Origin: Diadema antillarum
Lineage: Eukaryota
Reading direction: 5' to 3'
Length of the DNA: 64,000 nucleotides
Assembly: GCF_040938485.1 (NCBI RefSeq)
Contig: NW_027270918.1
Coordinates: 5,518,001 to 5,582,000, forward strand
The notes under the pieces were generated by a model. That model was not told where the DNA came from, did no database searches, and worked only from the letters and a program-made list of their open reading frames with translations. Position 1 is the first letter of the stretch. Each line of letters starts with the position of its first letter. Made by a program: the position numbers and the translations under genes. Shown one piece after another: positions 63,210-64,000 of the stretch.

Positions 63210-63515
63210 TCAAACTTTCACGTTCTTCAGTGAAGATCTATTCTTCCAATTAATAAACAGCAGATCCTTCAGCGTTGACCTGATAAGCGGCTGGCTCACC
63301 GCGTAGGAGATCGGGTTGAGAAGGCTGTTTCCGCTCGCCAACCAGGGGAAAAAAAGCATCACAGGCCTGGGTAGACCCTGCACGATAAGTACGGGATTGA
63401 TGGAGTAGATCAAACCGATGATGCTTTGAGGTAACCAAGCAACCACGAATGACAGAACGATGAACAAGAGAGTTCGTGTCGCTTTCCGCATTTCGGCAGC
63501 CGACTCGCGTGTCCC
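63210..63515 (-). CDS. GPCR B4 exon 2 (exon 1 expected beyond the window end)
   Basis: Acceptor TTTTGCAG|GGG ACA CGC GAG; AWLPQS, NPISY. Flanks are colinear with the B3 exon 2 region (about 55550-56580). Confidence 0.85.
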   Translation of the reverse strand, partial: GTRESAAEMRKATRTLLFIVLSFVVAWLPQSIIGLIYSINPVLIVQGLPRPVMLFFPWLASGNSLLNPISYAVSQPLIRSTLKDLLFINWKNRSSLKNVKV

Positions 63516-64000
63516 CTGCAAAAATGGAACAAGAAAGGGTATTCTGAAAATAATTTTGTCAAATACTTGGTTTTTTCTTTACATTGACAAAGAACTTAGC
63601 TTTGAACTTTCCTTGAATTGATTTAATTCATTCTTATTTCAACGATAACTAATAGTATAGTTTTATTGAAAATTCGAATTGATATTTCTTCGTTTATTCC
63701 TTTTTTATATTATACATTGAAAAAACAATATTTCCTGTTATATCATATTTTGACCAACTTAATATGTGTAATTAAGAACAAAGTTAGGCATTATATTTGG
63801 GCCTATGGGTCTGTGAAAACAAATGCAAACGATGCATTTTGCTGTTGTACGTTATCAAGATTGGAATATGTACTTTATTTATTGTAAAGAAGAAATATTG
63901 TAAACTGATTGTTTTTTTTTTTTAATATTTTGGTTGACGGTGAAAATAATACAATCAAGAAAATAAACTTATCGTATATTTGTGATTCAAAAGAACCACA

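Overview
Eukaryotic, AT-rich, repeat-dense genomic DNA, probably from an invertebrate deuterostome. An echinoderm such as a sea urchin is my inference from the repeat types, not an established fact. The window is dominated by a cluster of seven paralogous two-exon class A (rhodopsin-family) GPCR genes of muscarinic/histamine-H3-like ancestry. They fall into two clades, ordered A1(+) A2(+) B1(-) A3(+) B2(-) B3(-) B4(-; only exon 2 in window). All share a phase-0 intron in ICL3. The six complete genes lack the amine-binding Asp3.32, all seven lack Tyr7.43, and pocket positions vary strongly between paralogs while other segments look homogenised by gene conversion. This fits a lineage-specific orphan, possibly chemosensory, receptor array. 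Between the genes lie a near-full-length CR1/L2 (Crack-like) LINE with a single in-frame stop in ORF2, truncated LINEs, a tRNA-derived SINE, several TTAA-flanked (Kolobok-like) MITEs and foldbacks, Helentron-type (HINE-like) tandem-repeat elements, microsatellites and three N gaps. Gene names A1-A3 and B1-B4 are my labels. Exon boundaries are inferred from splice motifs and paralog alignment, without transcript data.
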